Source: a virus
Lineage: Duplodnaviria > Caudoviricetes
DNA length: 41,145 bases
Strand: one strand, 5' to 3'
IMG/VR virus record: IMGVR_UViG_3300048080_000227
Location: 1 to 41,145 of that record
Shown here: positions 1 to 9,217 of the stretch, piece by piece
Layout: each line of letters opens with the position of its first letter
How positions within the stretch are numbered: position 1 is the first letter of the stretch
The notes under the pieces: generated by a model
What the model saw: the letters and a program-made list of their open reading frames with translations, nothing else
Database searches by the model: none
What the model was told of the DNA's origin: nothing
Position numbers and translations under genes: made by a program

Positions 1-208
1 CTTTAGGGCTTGCCAAAATCAACGCCGCCGAAAAAGCCGGGACGATAACTCCAGAGGAGGCCATTATACAACGTGCGGAGATAAAAGACAGGTCTGCGCA
101 ACAAAGACAAGCGGCAGCGGATGCACTGGATCTCAAGGAGCAAGAAGCTAGAAGGGAGGCATTGGCCAGAACGATGCTTCGCAGAGTAGGTCTTGAACTC
201 GATTTGCC
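1..208. repeat. Terminal direct repeat, copy 1 (circular contig overlap)
   Basis: 1-208 is identical to 40938-41145 except A81 vs C41018. Confidence 0.97.
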
Positions 209-830
209 CGGCGCGATTGCGGGCGCAACGGAAGCCGAACGCCTCGGCAAGGCGCGGCCGGCAGTCGTGAAAAGCGACGTGGAAGCTATTACTCAAGAGA
301 AAGCGGAAATTGAGGCTAGATTGAAGTCAGACAGAAAAGAGATTGCTCACTTGGAAGAAAAAAAGAAGGTTGGCCGAGAGCAGCTTGGTGATTTTGAACG
401 AAGAAATGAGCTTGCAGCCTCGATTGCTCAGGACGAATCACGACAGACGCAGCTTATCGAGGTCGAGGCTTACGTTGAGGAAAGGACGGGTATAATTGGC
501 AAACGGGCTGGTAAGGCGCGGAGCAAGGCTGAGGCCATCAAGGGAGGAATTAAGAGCGGCCTGGAAGCCGAGGGCAAGCTCGGTGAGGAAATCCTGAGCG
601 GCCAGCAGGCGCTTGAACTGCTTCGCGCGCATCGCGCGTTGATAGCCGGGATTGAAGCGGAGACATTGTATATTGAGACTGAATCGGCAGCCAGAAGCGC
701 GCGGGATCAGGCTCAAAAGGAAGCAGACGCCAAGGCCGCGCAACTGCAAAAAGAGTGGATCGATCAGGTGGCTCGTGACAATCAGGAAATCCGCTCGATT
801 CTCAAGAGCAACTCCAACAAGTCAAACTGA
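3..830 (+). CDS. Tape measure protein, C-terminal part (continues in frame from ATG 40193 across the circular junction; ~524 aa total)
   Basis: Ala/Glu/Lys-rich helical sequence; in frame with 40193 after removing the overlap; lies between tail genes and tail-tip gene. Confidence 0.75.
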   Translation, partial: LGLAKINAAEKAGTITPEEAIIQRAEIKDRSAQQRQAAADALDLKEQEARREALARTMLRRVGLELDLPGAIAGATEAERLGKARPAVVKSDVEAITQEKAEIEARLKSDRKEIAHLEEKKKVGREQLGDFERRNELAASIAQDESRQTQLIEVEAYVEERTGIIGKRAGKARSKAEAIKGGIKSGLEAEGKLGEEILSGQQALELLRAHRALIAGIEAETLYIETESAARSARDQAQKEADAKAAQLQKEWIDQVARDNQEIRSILKSNSNKSN

Positions 831-2767
831 TGGCCGTCGCAAAACCCAACTGGCAACTTACAGTGACCCCGGCAGGCGGCTTGCAGGAAGGCGACAACGC
901 TGTCAAACGCACACTTGAATCGTGGGGCTTTCAGGACGGCCGGCTCGTGTTCAACTCGCTCGCGGCGGACACGCTCGAATTGACGGCAGAAGGTGTAGCG
1001 TTCGACCGCGATGAACTGATTCCGTTCAACGCCTCAGTCAGCCTCAGGAATCCGGCGGGAGCCGTGGTGTTCGTCGGGCGGCGTATCCTCGCGCCCGGCA
1101 ACGCGAGCGGCCCTGACGAGCGTCAGACCTACACCTTCGCCGGACCGTGGTGGGACTTGGAACGGCTCGTCTACCACCAGGGATGGTTCAACACTGCCGG
1201 GCCGCAATTCTCCAACCCGCACATCCTCATCAACATCGGCGGGGCATCCGTCGCCACTCAGATCGCGGCTGTCATTGATTACGCAATCGCGCAGGGAGCC
1301 AACATTGCGCGGGGGACTATCGAAGCTCCGGTCGTGCCGCCCGTTTCTGAGACTGCGGATCAATCGTGCGCGGCAGTGATTCAGGGGCAGCTTGTGTGGG
1401 CACCCGATAGGGTCGCGTGGTTCGATTACTCCACCGGACCGCCAACGTTCCATTGCCGGCCGCAAGGGAATCTCACCGCCGTTAATCTGGGCATCCCGCC
1501 CGATGCGAAGGCGGCGCTTCGGGCGGTGACACTTATTGACATCGCGCCGCGCCCGGATGACCAGGTATCCGCCGTAGCGATCCGTTACGAGACGACCTCG
1601 ACGGTGAACGGCAAGGAGTACTTCAGCGTCAGCAACGACGTGTTCCCGCCCGGTTCCACGGGGCGTGAACTCCGTGCCTTGGCGCAGACCGTCGCGCTTC
1701 AGGGCAGCAACGCCACTGTCATCGAAGCCGAAATCCTCTGCGACACCATCGACCTCGCCTCACTCGACTTCTGGAAAAAAGTCATCCCGTCTCTGAAAGA
1801 TGACCGCATCGGCAGCGTCAACGTCCCGCCTCTGAGTATCGTGCCAAACTCCGCTCTCCGTACCGGCGCGCTGAATCTTCCACGCTTCCTCATTGAAGGC
1901 CAACTCTCCGACTGGATGAAGATCGTCACGAATGACGCGCTCCAATGGGAGCAGGATGAACTCAGCGCAAAATTCAACTTCACGTTTTACGACGAGAACG
2001 CGGCGGCCTTGGCAGGACAGGAATTCGGCAAGATAAAGACCGCCGAGGGCCTGCGCATCCCCGTCAAGCTCGTGGCGACGAACGCGCCGGCCGGCGTCTC
2101 CAATTACTGGCGCGTCACGGATTTCGAGGACGGCGACGCGCAGCCGGTCAAGCTGGCCGAGTACCTCTACAATTCGCTCTCGCCACTCGGTTACGAAGGC
2201 AGCGTCCAGACGACGGAGCAGGAAGCTACGCTCCTTGCGGGCACGCCTCGAATGGGCAACACGCTGAATCTACTCGGCTCGCGCGCGGAGTACGCGAGCA
2301 TGGCCGCGCTCATTCAATCCGTCGCCGTAAACATCGACACCGGCCAAACGACGATCCGCTTCGGTGTCGCCCCCGGCCTTTCGATCTCGCGCATCATTGA
2401 GCTGCTCCGGGCCTCGCGCACCCGGCGGCGCTGGACATCGAGCAGCGTCCAGACGGACGGAGAACTCTCCGGCTCGAATCAGAGCGTGGAACTCGGGCGG
2501 GCGACGGCGAACACGAACTCGGTTCCCGGCGAGGCGCAGAACAAATACTTGGCCGTCAAGGATTCGATCAACAAAATCAGCCTCGATGCGGCGCTGCGCA
2601 GAATTTTAATCGAGCAAAGCGGGAGCGCAACGCTCGTCCGGATCGCGCCAGAGGATTTAACCGGCGTTCAAAAGGATGCGAGATTCCGGGAAACCTTGAT
2701 CTGCGAAATGATTGGCGGCGTGCCGACGCAGCGGCGCTGCTGGATTCTCCGAACCGTTGGAGAGTAA
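830..2767 (+). CDS. Tail tip / baseplate hub-like protein
   Basis: 645 aa beta-rich ORF coupled to the TMP stop; late 'LIQSVAVNIDTGQTTIRFG' segment typical of hub proteins; synteny. Confidence 0.6.
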   Translation: MAVAKPNWQLTVTPAGGLQEGDNAVKRTLESWGFQDGRLVFNSLAADTLELTAEGVAFDRDELIPFNASVSLRNPAGAVVFVGRRILAPGNASGPDERQTYTFAGPWWDLERLVYHQGWFNTAGPQFSNPHILINIGGASVATQIAAVIDYAIAQGANIARGTIEAPVVPPVSETADQSCAAVIQGQLVWAPDRVAWFDYSTGPPTFHCRPQGNLTAVNLGIPPDAKAALRAVTLIDIAPRPDDQVSAVAIRYETTSTVNGKEYFSVSNDVFPPGSTGRELRALAQTVALQGSNATVIEAEILCDTIDLASLDFWKKVIPSLKDDRIGSVNVPPLSIVPNSALRTGALNLPRFLIEGQLSDWMKIVTNDALQWEQDELSAKFNFTFYDENAAALAGQEFGKIKTAEGLRIPVKLVATNAPAGVSNYWRVTDFEDGDAQPVKLAEYLYNSLSPLGYEGSVQTTEQEATLLAGTPRMGNTLNLLGSRAEYASMAALIQSVAVNIDTGQTTIRFGVAPGLSISRIIELLRASRTRRRWTSSSVQTDGELSGSNQSVELGRATANTNSVPGEAQNKYLAVKDSINKISLDAALRRILIEQSGSATLVRIAPEDLTGVQKDARFRETLICEMIGGVPTQRRCWILRTVGE

Positions 2768-2771
2768 CCGA

Positions 2772-3758
2772 ATGGCCTGCGACCAGCCCATCGTCCCGAC
2801 CCTTCCGCTCCTGGGTTGTTGTCAGGTGGGCGCCGGAGCCATCTCACTCTTCAGCCTTCACCGCGGCTGGCTTCCCATCGACGCCGGCCAACACTTCGCC
2901 GTCTCCGGCAGCGTCGTTACCTATTGCGGCGCTTACCAACCCCCCTATCGCACCCTTTACCTGCGCCTCCGAAGCAAAATAACCTACGTGCCCATCGCCC
3001 AATTCGGTGAGGACACTGCGGAGTCGATCGACACGTTCGGAAAATGGACCGGCACGACGTACACCACCGAGACGACGCGGACTCCAAACTTCGACAACCA
3101 TCGGACATCCTTGGGTCCAATCGCAGGATTTTTGCAACGATCCCGCCTGGTGACGTGCGGCCCCGGTTACGTTAAAATCGAAGGAGACAGGGCGTTCAAC
3201 ACCGCCGGGCCGTGGACGCTGGTCTCCTACACCGAGGCTTGGGCCGAAATGCCTTGGACGCTTGACGAAGCCGTCGATGACATGCGCCTCATCCTCGACG
3301 GCATCTCCGCCTGGCCGACTGCCGCCTCTCCCTTTCCGGGAATCCTAAGCAAGAACGAATACCTCATCGCTCCCGATGGCCAGCCATTCCTCGTCGATCC
3401 AGGATCGAGCGGCAACAGGGAAGCGAGCACCGAAGTCTTTTCCTTCCAAGGCGATTTCTTTCCGGCGCGCATCGCCGGCGCCACGCAACTGCGCCTCCAG
3501 AAAATGAGAGACACCGGTGAATTCTGTAAGCTCGAAGCAGAGCTTCAACGGCGGCCGATTGCCTTGGGCGGTGGCTTCACCCTCCTGAATCTCTACTCAT
3601 GCCAGCCCCGCGTGAGCCTCCAAGGCGAGCCGATTCTGCCTCCGACCTCCGCCGAGTGGCAACCCGTTTGGGAACGTTACCGCCAGCGCCGATACATTGG
3701 CGCAGGCGAACTTTGGTTTGAAGTCCCCCCGCCCGCGCGCCCCGCCTGCTGCGAATGA
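2772..3758 (+). CDS. Putative tail-associated protein with Cys pairs at both termini
   Basis: ATG 2772 follows the upstream stop; GCCQ and ACCE motifs; tail module position. Confidence 0.5.
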   Translation: MACDQPIVPTLPLLGCCQVGAGAISLFSLHRGWLPIDAGQHFAVSGSVVTYCGAYQPPYRTLYLRLRSKITYVPIAQFGEDTAESIDTFGKWTGTTYTTETTRTPNFDNHRTSLGPIAGFLQRSRLVTCGPGYVKIEGDRAFNTAGPWTLVSYTEAWAEMPWTLDEAVDDMRLILDGISAWPTAASPFPGILSKNEYLIAPDGQPFLVDPGSSGNREASTEVFSFQGDFFPARIAGATQLRLQKMRDTGEFCKLEAELQRRPIALGGGFTLLNLYSCQPRVSLQGEPILPPTSAEWQPVWERYRQRRYIGAGELWFEVPPPARPACCE

Positions 3759-4093
3759 TCCTCACCTTGCCCACCGACTACCTGCGCCGCCGGGCTGCGA
3801 CCTGGCCCGCCCTTAAAGCCGCGCTGGACTCGGCCTCCACGACAACCGGCGCCTTCACCACAATCCAATGGCCGACCACCCCCCCGCCGCCCGAGCAATT
3901 CCTCGGCCGCCCTAACTCTGAACCCGGAACCCGGAACCCGGAACCCGGAACTGAGACCGCCGCCCTCGGCGACCGCCTTGCGGCTCTGCTGCGCCGCCTC
4001 GGCCTCGCGCGCGCGGGCGAGTGCGGGTGCGCGCGGCGGCAGGCGTGGCTGAACCGGCAGGGCGCACGCCTCAAATCGCTACTTGCACGTTAA
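3755..4093 (+). CDS. Small tail-module protein with C-terminal LGD...CGCxxRxxxLN motif
   Basis: ATGA coupling; motif resembles small Cys-containing proteins of phage tail clusters. Confidence 0.6.
   Translation: MILTLPTDYLRRRAATWPALKAALDSASTTTGAFTTIQWPTTPPPPEQFLGRPNSEPGTRNPEPGTETAALGDRLAALLRRLGLARAGECGCARRQAWLNRQGARLKSLLAR
3920..3951 (+). repeat. Heptamer tandem repeat (GAACCCG)x4.5 inside a CDS
   Basis: Units start at 3920, 3927, 3934, 3941; partial unit at 3948. Confidence 0.95.
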
Positions 4094-4119
4094 CGAAAAA
4101 TCCTTTATCGCTAACGCCC

Positions 4120-6537
4120 ATGCGCCGAATTCTCGCTGTCCTGTTTTTGCTCGCGCTCCTGACACCCGCGCGTGCCGCGGTTACGAACGTCGATGCCACG
4201 GTCACTTGGACAAACGTTGTCCGAGGGGTGACGAATGGGGACACGATCACCGTGACCGGCAGCATCCGGCGTTACACCAACGGCGTCTTGAACGATCCGG
4301 CGCTGTGGATTCAGTCCACGAACATCGTGGGGCACGCGGCAACGAACAGCGTGGTGCATTTCAATACGTACTCCAGCGGGCTGGGCATCGACTACATCTC
4401 ATTCGCCGACGCGGCAGGCATCCACCTGACGAACGCCGCCCGGTTCGTGTCCATCATCGGCAGCAACCTGACGATCACGCTCTCGGCCGGCGTGGGCACC
4501 GTCACGTACACGACCAACGTTTACGATCAATACCGGCCCGTAGCGCATCCGTCCGGAGGTCTGCCAACGGCGGCGGCGCGGACCAACAATCAGAGCGGGC
4601 TTTTCGGAATCATGAACGACAGCTACGCCACGAACGTCGTGGCGAACAGCGTGCCGGGGCTGACGAACCTTCTGGATCGCGTCTCCTACCAGGAGGCGAC
4701 GAACAAGACGTTTCGCGCGACGACGAATTCGGGCGGGCTGATTGACGGTGCGCGGATCACGAATTCGGTTGGCGCTTCCGGGACGAATCTCGTTTTCGTC
4801 GTGGTCAACCTCACGCAGATCACGAACGCGGCTGGAACCAACGTCGCGTTCACGAATTTCACTTTCCACCTTGGCGCAATCAGCGGCCTGAGCAGCCTGT
4901 CGGGGTTTCTCAACGCGCTGACGAACGGGACGATTTATTCCAACGTCCTGGCCTACGCCCGGATCACCAACGGCATCGCCCTCCACGGCACCGTCTTCGC
5001 CTTCACAAACGGCTACTGGACCAATGGCCTTCTCGACCAGGCTAAGGCAACCAACTTCTACAACACGGGCGATTTCTGGTCGGCCTCCACGAATGTTCAA
5101 TCCACCTTCAACCTCGGCTCCAACAATATCTTTGGCAGCGGACAATCCGACAACTACGTTATCGGCGACGACTGCATCATTGGGAACAGTGTGGTCGGTG
5201 CAATCATCTTCGGCAGCGGAAACTTCGTGCGCAACATTACGGGCGGCGGTTCATTCGCGTTTGGTCACAACAACGAAATAAGCACCAACGCCGGGCAGGT
5301 CCGCATATTCGGGAGCGGCAACACCGTTTCGAACATCAACTCCGTTATTCTTGGGGAGGCGAACATCATCACAAATGATGGGGTCTTCATCTTCGGCACC
5401 GGCCTCACGAGCAGCGAAGCTCAACAAGTCCTGGTCGGCGGCTTGAACAGCATCGTCCTTTATGGCCGGGTCGTTTTGAATTCGGGCATCACCAACCTGC
5501 AAACCCTCGGCTTTTCGACGAACGTCCTCCGCGGCGATCTCTCCGTCCCTCGCTCCACGGTCACAACCATCGCCAACGGACACAACACCATCAACGTCGG
5601 GACGAACGTTTACGTGGACCTGACCGGCGCGCCGAGCGTCGCCTGGACCTGGGGCGGTATCACCGGCGGCAACCGCGACGGCAAGCTCCTCAAAGTCCGC
5701 AACTCCACCGGCTTCAACGCCGACATCCTCCACAACTCCGGCACCGAACCCACCGCGAGTTTGAGAATCACCACCCCGACCAGCACCAACATCACCCTCA
5801 ACAACTCCGGCTGGGCCGAATTCCTCTACGACCCCAGCGCCAACCGCTGGCAACTCGTCGATGTCTTCAACACCGCCACCCCCGCCGCCTCCGCCACCAA
5901 CGCCCTCGCGAGCCTCTCCACCAACGGCGTCCAGGTCACCGGCTCGTGGACCAACCTGAACCTCCTTTTCGGTACCAATGTTGTCATCACGGCCACGAAT
6001 ACGAGCGGGAATGTGGACCTCCGCATCAGTGCAACGGACATCACGCATCTTTTTACGATCACGAACGACGTGATTATTACAAACCAAAGTGGACCGATTT
6101 CGGTGCTGTCCAATCTCCTTGGGACTGCGACTCTGCCAGCCAACTTCTGGCAGCCCGGCATGTCGATTGAAATTCAGCTTTGGGGAAAGTACTTCGCGAC
6201 CGGAACCCTGACGCAATCGAATTCAGTTTATTACGGAGCGAACCTGCTGGCTACCAATTCAATGCCCTACTTTGGAGCGTCTGGCGACAGTTGGAACTCC
6301 GAAGTGACGATTACATGCCGGACGATTGGTGCGTCCGGTTCGCTCTACTGCCACGGCCTGACGCATCTGGCGAGCAGCGCCAATGGCGTCAGCGGAGTAT
6401 CCAAACCCATGCGCCTAATCTCAGGAGCAGTTCCGGTCGATACTACCGCCGCTACCGCGCTCGACTATCAGTTCACGCCAGGCGCAACGACAACGGCGTT
6501 GCATATCCACGCTGGCAGAGCGAGGGTCACTCCATGA
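4120..6537 (+). CDS. Thr/Asn-rich tail fibre / adhesin-like protein with signal peptide
   Basis: MRRILAVLFLLALLTPARA-A start; more than 30 TN dipeptides; GxxNxI/V beta-helix-like repeats at ~5110-5400; tail module position. Confidence 0.65.
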   Translation: MRRILAVLFLLALLTPARAAVTNVDATVTWTNVVRGVTNGDTITVTGSIRRYTNGVLNDPALWIQSTNIVGHAATNSVVHFNTYSSGLGIDYISFADAAGIHLTNAARFVSIIGSNLTITLSAGVGTVTYTTNVYDQYRPVAHPSGGLPTAAARTNNQSGLFGIMNDSYATNVVANSVPGLTNLLDRVSYQEATNKTFRATTNSGGLIDGARITNSVGASGTNLVFVVVNLTQITNAAGTNVAFTNFTFHLGAISGLSSLSGFLNALTNGTIYSNVLAYARITNGIALHGTVFAFTNGYWTNGLLDQAKATNFYNTGDFWSASTNVQSTFNLGSNNIFGSGQSDNYVIGDDCIIGNSVVGAIIFGSGNFVRNITGGGSFAFGHNNEISTNAGQVRIFGSGNTVSNINSVILGEANIITNDGVFIFGTGLTSSEAQQVLVGGLNSIVLYGRVVLNSGITNLQTLGFSTNVLRGDLSVPRSTVTTIANGHNTINVGTNVYVDLTGAPSVAWTWGGITGGNRDGKLLKVRNSTGFNADILHNSGTEPTASLRITTPTSTNITLNNSGWAEFLYDPSANRWQLVDVFNTATPAASATNALASLSTNGVQVTGSWTNLNLLFGTNVVITATNTSGNVDLRISATDITHLFTITNDVIITNQSGPISVLSNLLGTATLPANFWQPGMSIEIQLWGKYFATGTLTQSNSVYYGANLLATNSMPYFGASGDSWNSEVTITCRTIGASGSLYCHGLTHLASSANGVSGVSKPMRLISGAVPVDTTAATALDYQFTPGATTTALHIHAGRARVTP

Positions 6538-6926
6538 AAAAACTAATGTTACCCCTGTTCGGCATTTCGGCATTACTGCTTTGCCTGTTCATCCAGCTTC
6601 ACAAACCAGCAGCCGCCATCAGCCAAGATGATGTTTTCCTGACCGACCTCACAGGCTCTTTGTTTCAATCGACAAATGCCGCCCGGCGATTGGGGGCATT
6701 CGAGAGTGCCGCTATCCGCGGCGGGAGCCAGATTTTGAGCGCGATTGAAACTCAGAAGGTAATCGTCTTCGGCAAGCCGATGCCCGATGCGAGCTACATC
6801 GTGCTCGCCACTCCGCGGTTGCCGACTGGCGTGTCGTGGAGCAATCCCACCACCAACGGCTTCACCCTCAATCTCACGGTCGGCATCGCCGGCCGCGTCG
6901 ATTGGCTGGCCATCAATCCGCAATGA
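6534..6926 (+). CDS. Small fibre-like protein: signal peptide plus gp53-C/H-type-lectin-like domain
   Basis: MKKLMLPLFGISALLLC...PAAA; C-terminal F..P....Y.V...T.NGF.....V.WLAI pattern. Confidence 0.55.
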   Translation: MKKLMLPLFGISALLLCLFIQLHKPAAAISQDDVFLTDLTGSLFQSTNAARRLGAFESAAIRGGSQILSAIETQKVIVFGKPMPDASYIVLATPRLPTGVSWSNPTTNGFTLNLTVGIAGRVDWLAINPQ

Positions 6927-7054
6927 CGCGCCTCCTTGAAGCCCTGCGGTTGCGCCGCTGCTACGCCTGCGGCCTGTTCCGCCGCGCGTTCCGCATGACC
7001 GCGATCAATACGCACTACCACCGGGACCGCTGGCTTTGCCGGAAATGTTTATGA
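6923..7054 (+). CDS. Small zinc-finger protein (CxxC...CxxC)
   Basis: ATGA-coupled at both ends; CYAC and CRKC. Confidence 0.45.
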   Translation: MTRLLEALRLRRCYACGLFRRAFRMTAINTHYHRDRWLCRKCL

Positions 7055-7344
7055 ACGAACCGCGAAACGACGAACGGAAGCTGCTGAGCATTATCGGCAT
7101 GATTGCCTGGCGCTGGGGCACGGGGATCGCGGTGCTCGTAGCGGCTTACGGAGCCATGTGGGTAAAGGCCAATGCGCCGAGCCGCGCGCAGTTCGACCTG
7201 CTCACCGGCCAGGTGCAAGAGATTCGAGAGAATGTAATCCGGTTCGGCGACTACAAAAACCGGATCGATGATTTTGAGCTACGGCTGCGCGAGTTGGAAC
7301 GCGGTAAACCGACATCGAGACGATCTCCAAAAGACGAACCATGA
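7051..7344 (+). CDS. Membrane-anchored coiled-coil protein (holin/spanin-like lysis candidate)
   Basis: One N-terminal TM segment then heptad-rich tail; follows fibre genes. Confidence 0.5.
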   Translation: MNEPRNDERKLLSIIGMIAWRWGTGIAVLVAAYGAMWVKANAPSRAQFDLLTGQVQEIRENVIRFGDYKNRIDDFELRLRELERGKPTSRRSPKDEP

Positions 7345-7643
7345 ACACCGTACTTGAAACCGCGAATGAATCAGACACAACGCTGCTTCAAAAGTCCAGC
7401 GGCGCGAACGGGAAGGACTCGACAGTTTTCGGAGTCTCGATCCGGGCGTGGCTGGCCATCATGCTCGTTAGCGCCGTGGTCGCAACGCACGTTTCGGTTA
7501 CGGTTGGCGTGGTGATTGACGCCGTGCTCACGAAGGATTGGAGCCGCGTCGGAACCTTTGCCAACGTCGGCGAGCCGCTTTATTCGATGTCGATTGCGGC
7601 GCTCGCTTTTTACTTCGGCCAGAAAACCGTGAAATCCCAATGA
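7341..7643 (+). CDS. Putative holin
   Basis: Two hydrophobic segments, C-terminal AFYFG followed by a basic tail. Confidence 0.55.
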   Translation: MNTVLETANESDTTLLQKSSGANGKDSTVFGVSIRAWLAIMLVSAVVATHVSVTVGVVIDAVLTKDWSRVGTFANVGEPLYSMSIAALAFYFGQKTVKSQ

Positions 7644-7670
7644 GCGACACGTCGCACCTCAAGAAACCGG

Positions 7671-7781
7671 ATGCCCCATGACGATTACACAGACCTCTAT
7701 GTTACCTGGGGCATCGTGGTGGTTCTTCTGATTGCAGCGGCCTGCCTGTTGTGGAAAAACCGCTTGCCTCCGAGTGAATAA
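7671..7781 (+). CDS. 36-aa single-TM peptide (MPHDDYTDLYVTWGIVVVLLIAAACLLWKNRLPPSE)
   Basis: Manual translation; acidic N-terminus, TM segment, basic C-terminus; below ORF-track cutoff. Confidence 0.45.
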   Translation: MPHDDYTDLYVTWGIVVVLLIAAACLLWKNRLPPSE

Positions 7782-7845
7782 AGCCTTGCGTCGCGCCCGG
7801 CCGTGGCGGTAAAAGCACGCCTGCGACAGAAACCAAACTGACACC

Positions 7846-8157
7846 GTGAAGCCGTCCGCGTTCTGCTACTGGCTGCAAGGATACCTTGAGGTATCGAAAG
7901 CCACGGCATTGACGCGAGAACAGACAGGTATCGTGAAACGGCATCTGGCTTTGGTTTTTGAGAAAGCAACTCTTGCAAAAAGAAAACGTGGGCGCGAAAT
8001 TTCGTATTGCAGTATTGCAGCCCACGCTACGATCCAAACCGAAAAATATGCAAACCATGACCCCCGTCCTCGGCGACAAACTCCACTGGGCAGGAAAAGG
8101 CTGGCATGTCGGCTGGCACCGGCACGGATGTTGGAGATTCCGTCCTTCCAAGACTGA
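7846..8157 (+). CDS. Conserved phage hypothetical protein (FxYWLQGxxE...HLxLVF)
   Basis: Recognisable N-terminal phage motif; 3' part may overlap another small ORF from 8048. Confidence 0.55.
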   Translation: MKPSAFCYWLQGYLEVSKATALTREQTGIVKRHLALVFEKATLAKRKRGREISYCSIAAHATIQTEKYANHDPRPRRQTPLGRKRLACRLAPARMLEIPSFQD

Positions 8158-8223
8158 GTACTCAACTTGCACGTTCTATTCCTTTTGGAGGCTTTTCCTC
8201 TCAATCGACAAAACATCAAAACC

Positions 8224-8427
8224 ATGAACACCTTTGAGCAGGAACTTTGCGACCTGATTAACCGGCGCTCGCAAGAGAACGCCTCTAACACGCCGGACTT
8301 TATCCTTGCGCAGTACCTGTCGGCGTGCCTGCTCGCTTACAATACGGCCGTCCAACAGCGCGAGACTTGGTATGGCAGAGACGCCAGCCCTAGCCTCACT
8401 CCACTCACACTCACCGCAACACCATGA
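8224..8427 (+). CDS. Conserved phage hypothetical protein (LINxxSxENxSNTPDFILAxYL)
   Basis: Recognisable motif; ATG after A/C-rich leader; ATGA overlap downstream. Confidence 0.7.
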   Translation: MNTFEQELCDLINRRSQENASNTPDFILAQYLSACLLAYNTAVQQRETWYGRDASPSLTPLTLTATP

Positions 8428-8978
8428 ACCTCATCCGCACCTTCACTATCGCGATTCTCGCGCTCGTGCATCTACCACTCATCGCCGCCGGCTTTTTCAT
8501 CCTCGCCGGAATCAACAGCGTTTTCAGCGCCGAACCGGCCAAGCCAGTGCCGAAGCTCACCGAGCCGGCGAAGTCCTCCGGCTTCTACACCGACGCCGGC
8601 CTGTCGCTGCGCACGACGGACTTCTCGCACGGCGATTACAGCTACTTCACTCGCATCGGCTACCAGGTCTCTCCTCACTGGGGCTTCGATGTAGGCGCAT
8701 CGCATCAAGGGCTGGACGCCAGCGGCCCTGCCGTTCAGGACATCGGGGGCCGGCTCGTGGCCCGGATGCCATTCGAGTTCCTCTCGCCTTACACGTTCCT
8801 GGGCGCGACGTTCGGTGTTAAGGACGACATCTGGCGATTGCAACCCGGTGCCGGCATCGAGTTCGGGGTGAACAAACGGCTGAAGGGCCTGAGCGTCTTC
8901 GCCGAGGGCGGGCTTGACGCCACGCTGAACGGGCGCAACGGGTACGTGTTCGGTGCGGGCGTGCGGCTGAGGTTTTGA
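8424..8978 (+). CDS. Outer-membrane beta-barrel protein (OmpA/Ail/Lom-like 8-strand type)
   Basis: Hydrophobic N-terminus; alternating amphipathic strands (SPYTFLGATF, GAGIEFG, VFAEG); C-terminal GVRLRF BAM signal. Confidence 0.8.
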   Translation: MNLIRTFTIAILALVHLPLIAAGFFILAGINSVFSAEPAKPVPKLTEPAKSSGFYTDAGLSLRTTDFSHGDYSYFTRIGYQVSPHWGFDVGASHQGLDASGPAVQDIGGRLVARMPFEFLSPYTFLGATFGVKDDIWRLQPGAGIEFGVNKRLKGLSVFAEGGLDATLNGRNGYVFGAGVRLRF

Positions 8979-9217
8979 ATGGCGAAAATTTCCATGAAAG
9001 CATTGCGTGCCGCACAGCGGACACTGAACGGAATCGACTCCGATAGGTTCTGGAAGCGAGTTGAAGATCGGGTCGCTCCAAAGCTAGAAGCAAATGCTCG
9101 TATGCGGGCCAAGTCTCTCACTGGCGGAAATCGGTCGTTACGCTCTTAACCATGCAATGTCCCGACTGTCCAAACTCCTTGACCTGCTGCCGCCGTGGCC
9201 GCTCTCGGCGTGGCTGT

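Noticed and set aside
5251-6216. Long antisense ORFs (also 38415-39491, 12322-13008, 32243-32881)
   Set aside because: Shadows of GC-biased sense genes with recognisable motifs or clear synteny
4120-6926. Diversity-generating retroelement targeting the fibre
   Set aside because: No reverse transcriptase and no template/variable repeat pair seen
7785-7830. Possible small RNA motif (GTCGC...GCGAC stem) before gene 7846
   Set aside because: Only a 5-bp stem in GC-rich DNA; no recognisable riboswitch consensus
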